From contig JALGVI010000074.1 in the NCBI GenBank assembly GCA_029838215.1, positions 1 to 14,043 on the forward strand: a stretch of DNA of 14,043 nucleotides, in the 5' to 3' direction. The notes beneath the pieces were generated by a model. It was given only the letters and a program-made list of their open reading frames with translations. It searched no databases and was not told the DNA's origin. The translations under genes were made by a program, and so were the position numbers. The DNA is from Candidatus Helarchaeota archaeon (GTDB taxonomy: Archaea; Asgardarchaeota; Lokiarchaeia; Helarchaeales; RDOG01). Positions 13,757-14,043 of the stretch are shown piece by piece (position 1 is the stretch's first letter; each line of letters starts with the position of its first letter).

Positions 13757-14043
13757 CTAGGGGCTTGAAATATTAAAACTCGATATGTAGCCAGCAAAGC
13801 CAACGCCCGTAGTCTCATTCGTGTATCCAAGATATAACGTGTCTCCAACAATGACGCTATGTGGTGCGTGGTATCCGCCTCCCACGGCAGGGGACTCATA
13901 TACCGTTTCATTTTTTATTAAATTCCAATTACAATCGTAAATTGCAGTCGCAATGGGATTGGCTTCGTTTGGACCATTGCAATAATGAATTATGAACTGA
14001 TTATTGTATTCGACAAGTCCATTGATGATTGCCAATTGCCCGA
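13757..14043 (-). CDS. C-terminal fragment of a beta-rich, probably extracellular protein (beta-propeller-like blades possible)
   Basis: Frame is open to the right edge, so TTG 14035 is not necessarily the start. Alternating hydrophobic beta-strand pattern and three N-x-S/T sequons (NET, NET, NIS). Confidence 0.6.
   Translation of the reverse strand, partial: GQLAIINGLVEYNNQFIIHYCNGPNEANPIATAIYDCNWNLIKNETVYESPAVGGGYHAPHSVIVGDTLYLGYTNETTGVGFAGYISSFNISSP

Noticed and set aside
1-14043. CRISPR arrays, tRNA/rRNA genes, transposases, integrases or defence systems
   Set aside because: No regularly spaced repeats, cloverleaf or rRNA-like segments, terminal inverted repeats or recombinase/nuclease motifs were seen.

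Overview
This 14 kb window is almost certainly from an Asgard archaeon: it encodes eukaryote-type ribosomal protein eL22, an archaeal/eukaryotic-type PheRS alpha subunit, a stand-alone RING finger and an ESCRT-II-like winged helix, and it has archaeal BRE/TATA and oligo-T signals. The left block (170-5946) holds eL22, a hairpin membrane protein, two tandem soluble IFT52-like GIFT-domain paralogues sharing an unrecognised C-terminal helical domain, and a 644-aa mosaic protein (Cdc48-N-like domain, three HTH-like repeats, adaptin-appendage-like platform, Vps22/Vps36-like winged helix). A ~550 bp, ~20% GC gap follows. The right block (6497-11939, all minus strand) reads wHTH protein, HTH-ACT (CASTOR-type ACT) protein overlapping a RING finger gene, an atypical HemL-family aminotransferase, an Lrp/AsnC ligand-binding-only protein, then lysY and lysJ of the LysW-dependent Lys/Arg pathway. 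pheS is transcribed divergently from this block. The two best candidates for undescribed systems are a trafficking/ESCRT-like GIFT-adaptin-WH locus and an amino-acid-sensor-RING module inside an Arg/Lys biosynthesis cluster. All family assignments are by-eye motif comparisons with sequences recalled from memory; no database search was run.
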